Below, piece by piece: positions 39,190 through 52,660 of a stretch of DNA of 64,000 nucleotides. Numbering within the stretch: the first letter of the stretch is position 1; the number at the start of each line of letters is the position of its first letter. The stretch lies in the NCBI GenBank assembly GCA_973895155.1, contig OZ316894.1, forward strand, positions 18,514,805-18,578,804, in the 5' to 3' direction. A program made the translations under genes and the position numbers. This DNA comes from Marsupella aquatica (taxonomy: Eukaryota; Plantae; Marchantiophyta). The notes beneath the pieces were generated by a model. The model was given only the letters and a program-made list of their open reading frames with translations. It searched no databases and was not told the origin of the DNA.

Positions 39190-42100
39190 GGATGGAACAG
39201 AGTGACACAGAGATGTGTGAGTATGAAAGGAAAGCTATGGAACAACGAGCAAACGTGAAAGCCAAAATCGCAAAACTGGATCTGGAAAAGGATGTGGCTG
39301 AATTGTAAGGGAACAATTCTCAACTACACCCCTCCGCTGAGTTTGTGTGACATGAATAGTTCAATGTCGCACTGAAATTGTGACTGTATTCTCATATTGG
39401 AATGTTGCAGAGCCACAGCATTTTCAAAGAAACAAAAGGAGTACGCAAGAAGGGTGACCAACACTATCTTTGGGCCTGTGCGTCGGAGTGACAGGTTGAG
39501 CAAGAAGGTGGTACCTACAATGGCAGAATGTGGAGATGACATGGATGCTGCACAGGTGGGTGCAGACACTAGACAAGAAGATGCAAATGATGAGTATTTT
39601 CCAGAGGAAATGGATGAGGATGGGGGTTATGAAGATGAATACATTGCAGAGCAGCCCCAAAAGAAACAGGTAAGTAGTTTTCCCAACAAGGTTTTGAGTT
39701 AAAAACTCTTATTTGGAGGTTTCATATGTTCAGTACTACACATATGTACCTTGCTTAGTTCCTGACATTGTAGTTGGTGATGTGATGCAGCGTCCTGCCA
39801 GTTCTGTTTTGCCTTCAAAGCCTGTGCATGCACCATACCAGCAGGGGGGGCTGACCTCTGATCAAGGTTGGCGAGGTGGTAGTAGTGGTAGATCCCAGGC
39901 TGGTGCCCAATACTATGGCAGGGGGCAAGCTCTAGGTTATGCCCGTGGTAGAGGCAGAGCAGGTCCAAACCCACAGTCTCATGGGTTTGGACGTCCACCT
40001 CAACCATGGGGATGTGAGTATATATCTATATGCCAGTTCTTTGTGAAGGCATGGCACTCCTGAATTTCAGACTGCATATCAATTTTTGACATTGTTTGGG
40101 ATGTATTGGATTCAGACAACATGAAATTCTGTCCACCTACCATTGCATGCAGATTCTGCCCAACCTGATTGGGCAAATGCTAGTAATGATCAGTTCCAAT
40201 GTCCACAAGGACAGACATGGGTTGAACCAGGTTGGGAGGATGGTGGTGGGTCGTGGAATGAATAAGGTTGGGAAGGTGGTGAAGGTAATTGGCAAGGATA
40301 TCAAAATACAGTACCTACAAACGCTGGAAGAGGGGCAGGTAATGTCTGATCTTGTTAGCAATGGAAGAACTCATTATATCTGGAGTCCATTCACGTGGGG
40401 GGGATTCTGCACATGTATAATGATAGGGAATGTATGTGTGCAGGTTGGACAGTCGAACCATCGACTCAAGTATTCACTAATGCCCCTATGCAGATGCAGC
40501 ACGGAAGGGGGACAGGTATGTTGGTGAATGTTCAGTTATTTTCCTACAGTTTGTACTTAGTTTTCAGTACATATGTTTGCACACACATACCTAGAAAGTG
40601 ACATCATTCGGCCCCTGTACTAGGCTGGACAGGTGGTCTAGGGCGCAACAATTTCAGAGTGTAGTCCTTGCACAGGCATCTACAGGCAGAGCTACAGGTA
40701 TGTATGTTTGAAGAATTTTTCTTGAAGTGAAGCATTGAATGTTGCCGTCATCCATTCTGCTGTATGTAGTTCTCAAGCATGAATGGCATTGTATTTTCCC
40801 AGGTGGCTTCAGAACCCCAGGTAGGGTGAATGAAGGGGTGGCCAATACAACGCCCAGTACTACCGAGAGCAGTGCACGAGGGGAGGTGACAAAGAAAGGG
40901 AACGTAAAGTTGAATGAGAGACAATGGGTGGATGCTGAGTGTCCTCGCAAGAACCGATGGCATGCTAATTTGAAAGCTGAAGTATTGCGTTGGTTAGATG
41001 TGAGTGTTATTAATTTTAAAAAACAGCATCCAAAAGATTGGAAGACTGTATGTGAAAATGTTGCTGCCAAATGGAATTATGTGAGCAGTGATGATGGCGT
41101 GGACATAGGTTGCCTAGAGAGTACAGCAGGTAAAATCATCAAGCAAGAGAGGTGGAGAATGCATAAGGCTTGGAAGGAAGGTGGGGAGAAGCCAGATATG
41201 CCTCCACCAGCCAGTTGTGATGATAAAGTGTGGGCAAGGTTAGTAGCTTATTTTGTAACAGATGCTTCAAAAAAGAAGAGTTCACAGATGACCGAGGCCA
41301 GGTTGAGTGTTCAGAACCCTAATCTGACAGGAAGGACCGGCACTGCACCGACAGCTAAACGTTTGGTAAGAATGAATGGCCTAGCTATGTAATTTATGCT
41401 ACACTATGTACTGTTTTTTAGTGTAAACCCATACATGTAAACTTTGTTTTGTAGTGTACGTTCCCTGAATATTGATCGATAACTTGTGTTTGCCATGCAT
41501 GTGCAGAAAGCCCAATTGGGGCAAAGCCCTTCAAAAGAAGAGTTGAGGGCTGAAATTGTGAACACCCAAGCTCAAGAGGGTGCATCTGAATCCTCCAAGC
41601 ATGTAATTTATATGAGTTCTACTTGGTAATTGAATGACCTGCGTTGAATTTCAGGTGTACACTGTATATAACATTGATTGTGCATATATTGCCCAACATT
41701 TCATATGGAGTGATTGAACCTATACCCCTGTGTCATGTAGGGAGGTGGATCTTCAGTTACAGAGATAAGTGGTCATTTGAAGGCTGTCGAAACATGTCTT
41801 CCAGAGATCAATGAACGTTTGAATTCATTGACTGACTTGTTCCATGTGAACTTCAAGACATTAATGGAAGCTGTTGTGTCGGTGAGAGATAAAATTGATT
41901 CCAATTCTGCAGGAGTTCCACCATCACCACTTGAGGTGGCAAAGTCGATGCACTCTTCTGGCATGCCAACGACATGTAGGCTTGAAGGTAAGGCCTTTAC
42001 AACTGTGTGGGATATGATTATTAAATGTATAGTTTGAATTGACATTGTTTGTTGAATGTGTTATTTTCAGTAACATATATTGTGGTTGTTGTGTCCATAG

Positions 42101-42897
42101 AGAATAAGACAGGTGCTACAGAGAAGAAGTATGTGAACCTGGCAAATACTCGCTGTAATTTAGAGGCAACAAAGTTGTAGTTTGTACAAGCAACTTGTTT
42201 GACAGAGGGCAGTCAACCATTTTTGGATGAGGATGACATTGGCAAGGGAGTGGATGATATCAATGTTGGGGCAAATGAGGATATTAGCAAGCATGAGAAT
42301 GATACCATTGAGCCACATTCATGCTATGTAGATCTTGACTCCATTGCAGAGATAAATGATTTGTAGAATGTATCATTCTCAATGACAGGTGTGCCTCTTG
42401 TTGAGATAAATCCAACCAAATAGTTAGTTGGTATGACACTCCCAGGTGATGAACCTGCTACTGTGACAGTCCTAACAAAGGAACCTACTGAGCCTAGCTT
42501 CACTACTGTGAAGAGAGGAAGCATGCGCACACGAAGCAAGTCTGCTGATGGGAGCAGAGCCACGTCAAAGGTTTCATACAAACCTCCAAGAATGGTGCTG
42601 GCAGAAAGATCTAAGGTGGAAGTGGGGAAAGCACCTAATGCTAAGGGACAAAGTGGCTTGTTAGCTGTTGATGAGAGTGGAACACGAGTAGGATTTGGCA
42701 GAGTGCAGGTTGGTTCCACAACGTTCCATGGCAAGAGGATTCCCCCAGGTTATTCAGTAGTGTTAGTCACATTACTAGTGAAACCTAAAGCTGTCCTTCC
42801 CATTCCAAACACAAATGATGATCCTCCTCAAAAGACACTTGAAGATGCTGCAGGTTCTTTGGTATTATGGCCAAGCAAGTTCATAGAGGATCCATAA
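39190..42897 (+). pseudogene. CACTA-B TnpA/Ptta-like multi-exon gene ending in a Tnp1-like domain
   Basis: Many short GT-AG exons; KDWKTVCENVAAKW, VWARLVAYF..KKSSQMTEAR; final exon VGFGRV...HGKRIPPGYSVV...LP.P...TLEDAAGSLVLWP. Confidence 0.7.
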
Positions 42898-43469
42898 CAA
42901 TGTCATGCCATTATTTGTTTGTAGTGTGAGTCATGTTATGTAGATTTTAGATGTCAAGAAGCAGTACAAGAATCATGTCCTCTTGGAGATTCATAGTATC
43001 ATGCATGTGCTTTCAGTTATCTCATCCTGCAGTCATCAATTATGAGTTCCTGTTTTGTCTGAATTACATTGATCACATTGTAAACTATTCCATTGGAATT
43101 CAAATGATCTTCATTTTTTAGCAAGATTGTGATTGTGTTTAATTCTTATGAATGTTTTATGTAGAATCTGCTCATATGATGCTTTGTTTCATGTGGATGT
43201 CATTCATGCTATGTTCATTTCTTGTATTCAATGTGTTATATTTCTAAAGTTAGAACATCAGGTTTCTATGTATTGTAATGTGGAGTGCTCTCTCTCCTTA
43301 TGAACTGTCCCTCTGTGTTCATTAGTCATGGTTATAACTTGCATGTGAACCTTATTAGTTATAAACATGAGTATATAGAGTCCCAAATGGTTCTGTTGTG
43401 TGATGCGGGCCAGGGTCTTCATTGGTCTTTCCTGTGACACTAAATGGTCACACGCTAGTCGTTGTTGAA

Positions 43470-43752
43470 TGCGGGTAAGTCATGTATGTGACTTACGATG
43501 TGACTCGCTGAAGTCATATTGTAGTCACGTAGAAACAAGGCTAGACTCCACAATAAAGTCACAGATCAGTCACAAATGGGTATCAAGCAAGTTGCAAAGC
43601 CCAGTATCAATAGTGACTTCCATTTTTTGGTCTCAACTTTTGCAACTCCAAGGGTCACAGCGTGGGTCAAGTCACGTTGAGTCACAATGAAGTCACATGA
43701 GCCAAAATGAGTCATATATTGCGGTCTCAGTTCACCTCGGATTCTTCTAGTG
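43470..43752. repeat. CACTA-B right subterminal repeats (AGTCAC/GTGACT) and TIR
   Basis: About ten gtcac/gtgac motifs in both orientations, ending in tagtg. Confidence 0.75.
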
Positions 43753-45237
43753 GCAATAGTCTTGTCAGTTTTATGTTTCTTCTTTACTGGCTTCTTCTCA
43801 GGTTCCTTCGACAGTGTCTCAGTTTTCTTGCGCTCCTTCTCTCTTTGTCTTCGCTTCCCTACCACTTGTTTGGAGGCTGTCCCGGCCGTTGTTCCTGCAG
43901 TCCCGGTTGTTGTCTCCTGAGATATTTTTCTAGGCTTCGGAACTTCTTTGTTAACAACTACTGGAGGCTTGTTCACCACTACTGGTGCAACATTTGTAGG
44001 CTTGTTCACCACTACTGGTGCAACACTTGTAGGCTTGGGTAATGATTCTACCCACTTTTTTGCATTATCCATTGCAAACTCCTCCGCAAATATAATTTTG
44101 TTGTCAAGGAAAACACCTGATTCCGATGATAGGAATCCTGCCTTGTCAAGCAAATTATTTAAAATCCATGTCATCGGAAATGTATAATTCCCTTGGTGTT
44201 TATGCATATTAAGCTTCACATATTGAAACCCATACATGATGTCAAGTGGAAGAATCCCCTTCACTCCAACAGTCACCTTTTGAGTTGAATACGACTTAGG
44301 GAAAAAGCCCATTGCCAACACGCCAAGTTCTCCAGCTGCAGACCACTCAACATTGAATTCTGAAGAATACGCCTTTGATGGTAGATGTAGTTTAACCCAT
44401 CGTATCCTTTCATGGAGCTCAAGAATGACGGAAACAAACCCTCTTCCTTCAATTCCAATGAAGACTACAGGTCCAAGTACAAGAGTCTCCTGATCTGCAG
44501 TTCTGACCTATATGCACAAAATGGGATCCCGTCTCGTTGACGTGCTAAGGAAATCAAAATCAACTCTGGAGAACTCAAGGCCCCAACAAAAATCTTCTCT
44601 GCTCTGCTCCAACAAGAATCCCTCGGAGCAATCTGCGTCTGAAATCTGTGGTTTCAATGCATTTAGATAGCTCCCTGCAATAGTCCCATCCAGGCATATT
44701 AGTTTGGAAATCTTACTTTTGTAATTGACAAAAATTGGATAGGGATCATCTCTATCCTCTATTTGGACAGCGATGATCTCTATCCAATTTGTAATAAAGA
44801 TCATCTCTGTTCGATGAGAGGATACTGACGATCGTTATTATCATCTCTATCCTCTACTTGGACAGGGATCATCTCTATCCAATTCCTAATAAAGGTCCTC
44901 AGCATCGTCTGATAGGACATCCTCTATCGTCAGTTTGGAAATAAATGATATCTATGCAATTGGACAAGGATGATCTCCATCCATTTGGATAGAGATCATC
45001 TCTGTCCAATTCCTAATAAAGATGACTATCTTCTATTTGGACTCTACTTGGATAGGGACCATCTCTGTCCACCACACAAATATTCAACTTGTTACTGGGA
45101 TACTCACTTGGATTGAGCGATTGAAAGGCTCTGGAATCCTCGAGGGCCGTCTCCACCACGTCCTCAATGGATGAGAGGTCTGTCTCCTCTGTTGGCTCAC
45201 TGATGAGACACACTGGAATAGGTCTGGATGGCTCCAT
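43753..45237 (-). pseudogene. 5' exons of the element-G ParB gene (separated from the 3' exons by CACTA-B)
   Basis: Same strand as 32304-34240; frame cut at the CACTA-B end (KKKHKTDKTIA|). Its intron carries the same palindromic repeat as the intron at 33350-33540. Confidence 0.55.
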
Positions 45238-46135
45238 CGTGTGACATGTGGCCTTATGGACATGTGGAGGATTGCAGAGCGTTAGATCTAGGGCAATTAA
45301 CGTGGCGGCTATGGGGATAAACTTTAGTGTGGAGGCAGAGCGAAGGAGTGCAGAGGCGTCGGAGTGAAGGAGATTGGAAGCGAATGAGGCGGAGGAGCGA
45401 GCAAAGGAGCGCAAGAGCAGGAGTGGAGAAGAGGAGGAGCGGACAGAGGAGGGAGGAGAGCGAGCGAGGAGCGAGGAGGGAATGAAGAATGAGGCCCAAG
45501 TGGGACCTCCTGCCTCCTTTACCCCCCCGAGGCAAGGCAAGGCACACTGAACATGTGGGAGGCCGAGGCGAGTGGAAAACCCTAAATGCACGGCTGCCCT
45601 AAAGTGCGCCGCCCGACCTAATCCACTCACCGTTGCTTAAGGCTAATCACGCATCGCCTTATCCATAAGGGCGATCTTCAACAACTGGTATAAGATACTT
45701 GGGGTTGTCCGGTTGGTCCTCATTTGGTATTTTCATTTCTAGATTTTTGTTCTGTTCCTCAACCAGGTCGGTTCATTACGGAGCCCCATTGAGATACTCT
45801 TGTTTTCCAGACAGAACATCTAGTTTTAATTTCTTCCACACCCCTGAAGCATTTAGTTTACCAGGTTACTGATAACTACCCCTTCAACACAGTATTTTAA
45901 TCCTTGGTTTGACAACATAAACTAAATTGAGTTTTGGGTTCAAGAATCATTTCCATTACAGGTAACTTTAAACCTAATTATAGAATTGTAGCATATTCCA
46001 TTGATATCCGCAAATTTAGGAATTACTATATCTAAGTTAAGGTTGAAGTGAAAAAATCCCAGCCCAACTCACGATTGGGATAATCTCAATCCAACCGTTC
46101 TTTGCTCAAACATTAAATTAGTGTGTAGAGTCAAT

Positions 46136-46790
46136 TGTCCGTACAGGGGTCATCCCTGTTTGCTATCTGGATAGGGATCATCTCTATCTGCTGTTTGGAT
46201 AGGGATGATCCCTGTCCAATATTTGGATAGGGATGATCCTTGTCCACCGTAGAGTATTGTAGAGGACCATATGAACTATAGCACTTTATTGGATCCTCTG
46301 GTTGGATAATGATCCCTATTCGCCGTTTGGATCCTCTGGTTGGATAATGATCTGTATTTGCTGTTTGGATGGGGATGATCCCTGTCCGCCATTTGGATAG
46401 GGATGATCCCTGTCCACCGTTTGGATAGGGATGGTCCTTGTCCGCCATTTTGATAGGGATGATCCCTGTCTACCCTTTCAATAGGGATCCGTGTCCGTGG
46501 TCGTTCTCCAGATGATCCCTGTCCGCCGTTTGAGGTATTTGCTTGATTGGACCCCAATATGAAAAGTTTCCTTGAATCATCCCTGTCAGTTGTTTGGACA
46601 GGGAATAGACCCGATCCACCATTTGGACAGGGATCAGGCGTGTCCGCCTTTTGGACAGTGACAGACACTATCCGCCGTTTAGGCAGAGATGATCCTTGTT
46701 CGCCGTTTGGACACTGACAGACCCTATCCGTCGTTTGGACAGGGATCATCCCTGTCCACCGTTTGGACAAGGATCATCCCTATCCGACGT
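46136..46790. repeat. Array of ~25-bp imperfect palindromes TTGGAYAGGGAT-N-ATCCCTRTCCAA (~28-bp period, ~20 copies)
   Basis: For example ttggatagggatgatccctgtccaa at 46195-46219. Further copies at ~33356-33540, ~44735-45070 and ~47990. Confidence 0.85.
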
Positions 46791-46977
46791 CTAAATTGGG
46801 ATCAGGGATCTTAGGGCTAGATAGGGACTTTTTGGGGACCTATTATTTTGCTTGATGGGGATAATCCCGATATGCGCACTGTCCTTGGAGAGGGTTGACA
46901 CCTATGTGCTTCCTAGTTGGGACCATTCTTAACTAATACTTTACATTTAAAATTGTGCAGGTGAATACGTTATAGGA

Positions 46978-49900
46978 ATGACCGGAATATTTTTGAGAGG
47001 AGACAATGTGATATTGACAAATGATGGTTACGATGTTGCGAGTGGGACAGTTCAAAAAGTCAACCCGCAAGATAGTGTTCAAAAGATATTGTTGAGAGAG
47101 AATCGAATGGGAGTTCTCATTGAGAAAGTTTTTGACCGAACCACAAAACTACCATTTCCGATGCCTCGGGCAGAAAACCTTTTTGATGCCATTGATTCTT
47201 GCGTTATTTGGGATTTGTCTTGCGCATATCTATCAACAACAACAAATTCTCAAAAACGCATTAGTGTAGGTAGTTGTTCAAATAGACCCGAGAGTAATTT
47301 GGAGAAAAATCCAATTGTAGAGGAGGACTCATCGACCACTCCGAGGCAAGGGGATGAGGTTGAAATGTTCATCTTTGGGTGTTGTGTAGCCCTTGGAGTT
47401 GTTTTCAATACAAATCCAATGGAAAGATGTCACAACATTTTACTTGGTGAATCACAGATCAGTGTGAGGGTCACTGATGTCATTCATGGGAGTAGGGTTT
47501 TACCTTACAAACATAGTGGGGCTGAAACAATTGACCAGGCAAAAGACTCATGGGTTCTCTGGGACGTGGCAGATGTCCGAAGTAGAAAGAGTTTCTCAAA
47601 GAAGGATGCGGGTGATGATATCAACATAGAGCGGAGTTTTGTTGTGGAGTCTCCCTCAGCTGAAATTTCTAAAACTAATTGTGACTATTTCCAACGGTCA
47701 AATTGGATGTCAGAGTTGGTCGAACTATACATCGGTTCAGATCGAACCAATAGGGTTGCCACGGGGACCATCACTGTGCCTCAAGAAACGGCGGCGGTTG
47801 ACGATGAAATGCTTGGTGAGGACCATGTAGGGATTGCTGTGAAAGATGTGGTGGAATCACAATACTTTCCCAACTTCCATAGGGGAGTAATTACTTTGGT
47901 TCGGTGGAGAATTGATTCAACAAAACTACTTGCAAATGGGAAATTTTTGTCGGACATTTTGGTTGAAGGTTCAGAGAGGATGGAGTCGGTGGATAGGGAT
48001 GATCTCTATCCAAATGTAAATGATAGGGGAATGTTGCGCACAAGGCCATACAATTTCAACAAGAGGACTCATGTAGATCCGATTGAAAAGAAGAGAAGGC
48101 TATTGGAAACCAAGGCAGTTTCAAAAACAACGGAAGCTTCGATTGATGAAATTAAAAGAGAGAATTGTTGCAAGCAGAAATGTTGTCTGACTATGCCAAG
48201 AGAAGACATAGAAGATATTCGGATAGAATTTCACGGGATGTCTAGTGAGTCAAAAACATCACACATTTTCAACCTCTTCCACTACAGAGAAGATGATGTT
48301 CGTGATAAGGGGCACCATGTTCTCAAGGGTATGGTCGTATGTAGACATGCATTTGCAATCATCCATGGCTTTAGCCACACAAAATATTATGACTACAAAA
48401 GGAGATGTGGAGGGCTGCAAAATTGGGTTCCATGGAAACACGGGCTCCATGAAAACAAGGTCAAATACCTTGCATGCACGAGCTCTGTTGGAGGATTTTT
48501 TGACTCGAAATGCAGAGCCCATGCCTCATATACCTTATGCTGGGGCTCATTGGACAGACTCCACTGAATATCGTCTTCCAGCATGTTACAAGAAGCTGGA
48601 GATTTTGGAAGATGTGAGAACAAAGATGAAGGAAGAGGGGCTTCCTCCAATTACAAAGAATACTCTGTACAAGATTTGGAGCAAATCATTCGCAAACTTC
48701 AGTTTCCATAAAGATGTTGCATTTGCCAAGTGTACTCTTTGTTGTGAATACAAAGATAGTTTGATGCGAGAAAGAAGGAAAAAAGAACGTGCTGAAATTG
48801 AAGAAAAACGAGCGCAACATCTTTGTGAGAAAATGTCACGTAGATATGTTTACTATGCTCATCGAGTGATGGCTAAGCAACATCCAGGGGAATATCTTTG
48901 CATCATTCACGACAAGATGGATCAAGCAAAGACGTGGATTCCAAAAATGGTCAGTACTCCTAAATCGCTTTCGGGTCATGGGATGCCGCTACCTATTGCT
49001 CTCACAGGGATGTTGACCCACGGAAGGGATCCAGGAGTCTATGCACACTTTAGTGTCACTGGCCTTTGGCCAGGAGATGCCAATTTCACGGTGACATCCT
49101 TGGCTAAGTGTCTTCGAGACCTTGAAGAGTACAATGGAGACAAGACAGGTGACATGTTGGATGACCTTTATTTGGAACCTCATAGACCTTTCTTTCAAGC
49201 CCTTCTTGACTTTGATGCATTTTTTAAGGGATATTTGGAACCAAAGAGTATTCCAATGAATAGGTATATTGGTTCTGAAGATGCAACCGAGAGTCAGACG
49301 GAGACGGTCTTCACCCAACTTGGTGAGGATCAAGGAGGGGACATGCATGGGGAACAAGGCAGTCCATCTTTCAAGCCCTTGCCAAGGCACCTAACATTGC
49401 AAATGGATAACTCAGCAAAGGATAACAAAAACCAGGCTGTCATGGCATTTTGTAGTGAGCTTGTGAGTAGAGGAGTATTTGAAACTGTTCAAATGTCTTT
49501 TCTTATGGTTGGTCGTACGCACGAAGATGTTGATGCACTCTTTTCGAAGGTATCATATCAAGTTCAGCACAAGGAAGTTGCAACTCTCCTTGCTCTTATG
49601 GCAGAGATTTGGGAATGTGAGAGCATTCATCCAGTTCCCAGATTGATACAAGAAGTTGCATCTTACAAAGAATATCTTCAAACTTTCAACGTTAAAGATA
49701 TTCAAGGTCACTCAAAACCTGTATCATTTCTTTTCTCTATGAGAGATAATGTACCAATATTTCAGTATAAGTCCCATGTAAAGCAACCTTGGGCTCCAGT
49801 TGGTGGAAGGTGCATTTGGGCAACAGATCTGACAACAAATTCCCTTCTTTTACCTAGTGGAGAGCCCTTAGCTAAATCCATTGGAGAGATACACAAAAAA

Positions 49901-50719
49901 TCTGAAGAGATTATCCCATTTCTTACCAAGTACCTTGATTTTTTGAGAAGGAGTTGCACTGATGAGACATCTATAGCATATAAGGAAAGATTTCCTCTTG
50001 TGAAATATTGGGAGAGAATTGTGGAGTTGTTGACAAATGGGCTTGCACTAGAAGGGGAGGGAAGTACTCAATTTCCCTTGAAAAATGGATTTTGGCCTAA
50101 GACTAACCATGGCACTGGTTACAAGGTCAACCAACCGGATCAAAGTGGTCCTCCAAGTGAAGATGAGGAGAATGCGGAGATGACGGCTCTTCAAAATGAG
50201 GTCTTGGAAGAGATGGAAGATCAAGCACCACCATTTATTGGATCTCGAGCTGAGAGAGAACAAGGACGGTGGATTCCCCTACAGGATATTTGTCAAGGGA
50301 ACTTTGTATTTCTTCGACCCGAGGATGACTGGGAGAATAAAAATGGTGGAGGTCATTTCTGGTTGGTGAGAGCTTTGGGTTCGGTTGACCCTAAGCATGA
50401 AGTCCCAACTACATCTCCAACAAACCCTCCTCTGCCTCAACAATATGCTCCAATGTTTCCAGTCAAATGGTGGAGGCCTAAACACTCTAAACTTGATGTG
50501 ACTGAGAGTGCACGGTATCTAAACTGCTTCATGTCCACTAAGACATGGGAGCGAGATCCAGGGTTTGGTGAGAACGCTCAACATTGGCAGTATGCAAATT
50601 CTGCAATGTATGGTTTTAAATCTGGCATGAAAGAAGAAAACATGGCGGGTAGAGGTTTGAAGATTCCTCGAAATGTTCTACAAACTATCCAAAGTTATCT
50701 CCAAAGGATGGACAAGTAG
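46978..50719 (+). pseudogene. Sola-like (DUF7869-type) transposase of element G with three N-terminal Tnp1-like repeats; one frameshift ~48400
   Basis: CCKQKCC, VCRHAF, CTLCCE, IIHDKMDQAK, LQMDNSAKDNKN, VGRTHEDVDALFS, homologous by eye to 3542-7083. ORFs 46978-48567 and 48245-50719 overlap. Confidence 0.8.
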
Positions 50720-50964
50720 ACTTAGTTGTTACTTGTGAAGCTATAATAATTATTAAATAGATAGTTATTTAGATAGTAACAAGTACCTACTAGTTATTTA
50801 CTATTTTAATAGTTTTAATGTGAGACCATGCCATTGAGTGTTAGTTATACTATCTCCTCATTTTCTAAACTTTTGATTGTTATGAATATGAATGTTTGCT
50901 GTTTTTTGCATAATTAAAAATAATTTTCTATTCATTTCTTTCTTTTAAATGATTATAATAAGAG

Positions 50965-51290
50965 TTGGTACACTTTTTAGGCCAAATGTACACTTTGTTG
51001 CACTCAAAGCTACACTTTCTAGACCAAATGCACTTAAATGTACACTTTTTAAGCCAAATGTATGTTTTTTTCACTCAAATGTACACTTTCTAGGCCAAAT
51101 GTACTCAAATGTACACTTTTAAAGCCAAATGTACCTATTTTGATGTTCAAATATACACTTTTCATTGCCCAAATGTACACTCTTTAGGCCAATTGTACAC
51201 TTTTCTATCCCCAAATGTACACTTTTCATTGGCCAAATGTACACTTTTTCAAGCCCAAAAGTACACTTTTCATTGCCCAAATGTACATAA
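50965..51290 (+). repeat. Right subterminal repeat array (ccaaatgtacactttt) of element G
   Basis: About 14 copies, now separated from the right TIR by the P-like insertion. Confidence 0.85.
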
Positions 51291-51837
51291 ATCCTCGGGG
51301 GTCTCACTCCGCGAAAATCTCATATCACGTGCGACGAAGTATAGGGTCCGTTAATTGGGTTTCTCGGAAGACTTAAGAAGATTTGTGTAAGAACAATAGG
51401 GCCAACTTTATATGTTGGACAACTTGTAAGAATAATAGGGATATTAATATTTTTGACTTTGTAGATGGAAGGCATACAAAGAAGTTAGGGGGTCTTTGTG
51501 TCGGACTATGTAAAGTACACGTGTCACTATGTCATTGGTACACGTGGCACACATAACATTCTCAATATATTTTCCTAATTTTTCTAATATGTTAACATGG
51601 CAAGAATTTGAGAATGATCTGGTTTTATGGGGACTCACGTTTAGGGTTTGACCGGGATTAAGTTTGAAATTTTTCTGTTTAACGTGTCTCGTTTACCTCA
51701 ATTGGCCCTTGTCAGTCCCTCCCGTGTCGTTTCCCTCCACTATCCCTTTGGCCCCACCCGCTCTTTGCCTCAACAGAGTCTCTTTTGTTTGTACCTTGCA
51801 GCAAATGGCCTAAACGGGGTCTAAACCAGTTGTGCTC

Positions 51838-52660
51838 CTGCTTGGAGTGAAGGTCGGATCGAGCGAGAGTGTGCTCTCGACTGCACTTGGAGTGAAGGTC
51901 GGATCGAGCGAGAGTGTGCTCTCGACTACACTGTTGCTGGAGTGAAGGATCGACTCCTGTTGTGCTCTCGACTGCACTGCTGCTGCGGCTGGAGTGAAGG
52001 ATCGAGCTGCGTTGCTGCTGCGGCTGGAGTGAAGGATCGAGCTGCGGCTGGAGTGAAGGATCGAGCTGCGTTGCTGCTGCGGCTGGAGTGAAGGATCAAG
52101 CAAGATTTCTCGGAGAAGGATCGAGCTGCGTTGCTGCTGCGGCTGGAGTGAAAGATCAAGCAAGAGTTCTCGGCGAAGGATCGAGCGAAGGAGTGAAGGG
52201 GAGAGCGAGAGTGAAGGGGAGAGCGAGAGTTCTCGGCGAAGGATCGAGCGAAGGATCGAGTGAAGCGCTGCTACTTGGAGTGAAGGGGAGAGCGAGAGTG
52301 TTGCGCTCTCGGCTGTGCTGTTGCCGTTGCTGCTTGAAGTGAAGGATCGACCAAGAGTTCCTGGCTGCGCTGCTGTTTAGAGTGAAGGGGAGAGCGAGAC
52401 ATCTCAGCTGCGCTGCTGCTTAGAGTGAAGGGGAGAGCGAGACTTCTCAGTTGCGTGCGCTGATTAGAGTGAAGGAGAGAGCGAGACTTCTCAGTTGCGT
52501 GTGCTGATTAGAGTGAAGGGGAGAGCGACACTTTGCAGCTGCGCTGCTGCTTGAAGTGAACCCGGGAGTGAAGGGGAGAGCGAGACTTTGTAGCTGCGCT
52601 GCTGCTTGAAGTGAACCCGGGAGTGAAGGATCGAGCAAGAGTGTTGCGCTCCGGGAGGTG
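51838..52660 (+). repeat. GC-rich minisatellite built on gagtgaagg units
   Basis: More than 20 variants of ggagtgaaggatcgagctgcg... / agagtgaagggggagagcgaga. Confidence 0.85.

Larger units (their letters stand above)
34245..43752 (+). mobile_element. CACTA/En-Spm element B nested in the ParB gene of G (left end missing)
   Basis: Right terminus ...attcttctagtg (reverse complement CACTAGAAGAAT) ends at 43752, with AGTCAC subterminal repeats. TnpD and TnpA genes present; no left CACTA found. Confidence 0.8.

Noticed and set aside
45013-45630. 205-aa ORF over a purine/pyrimidine-skewed tract
   Set aside because: Mostly low-complexity 5' UTR/promoter of the G ParB gene; only the part from ~45237 looks coding.
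46136-46790. CRISPR-like array (palindromic repeats at regular spacing)
   Set aside because: Spacers are only ~3-6 bp, repeats are degenerate, there are no cas genes, and the context is eukaryotic.
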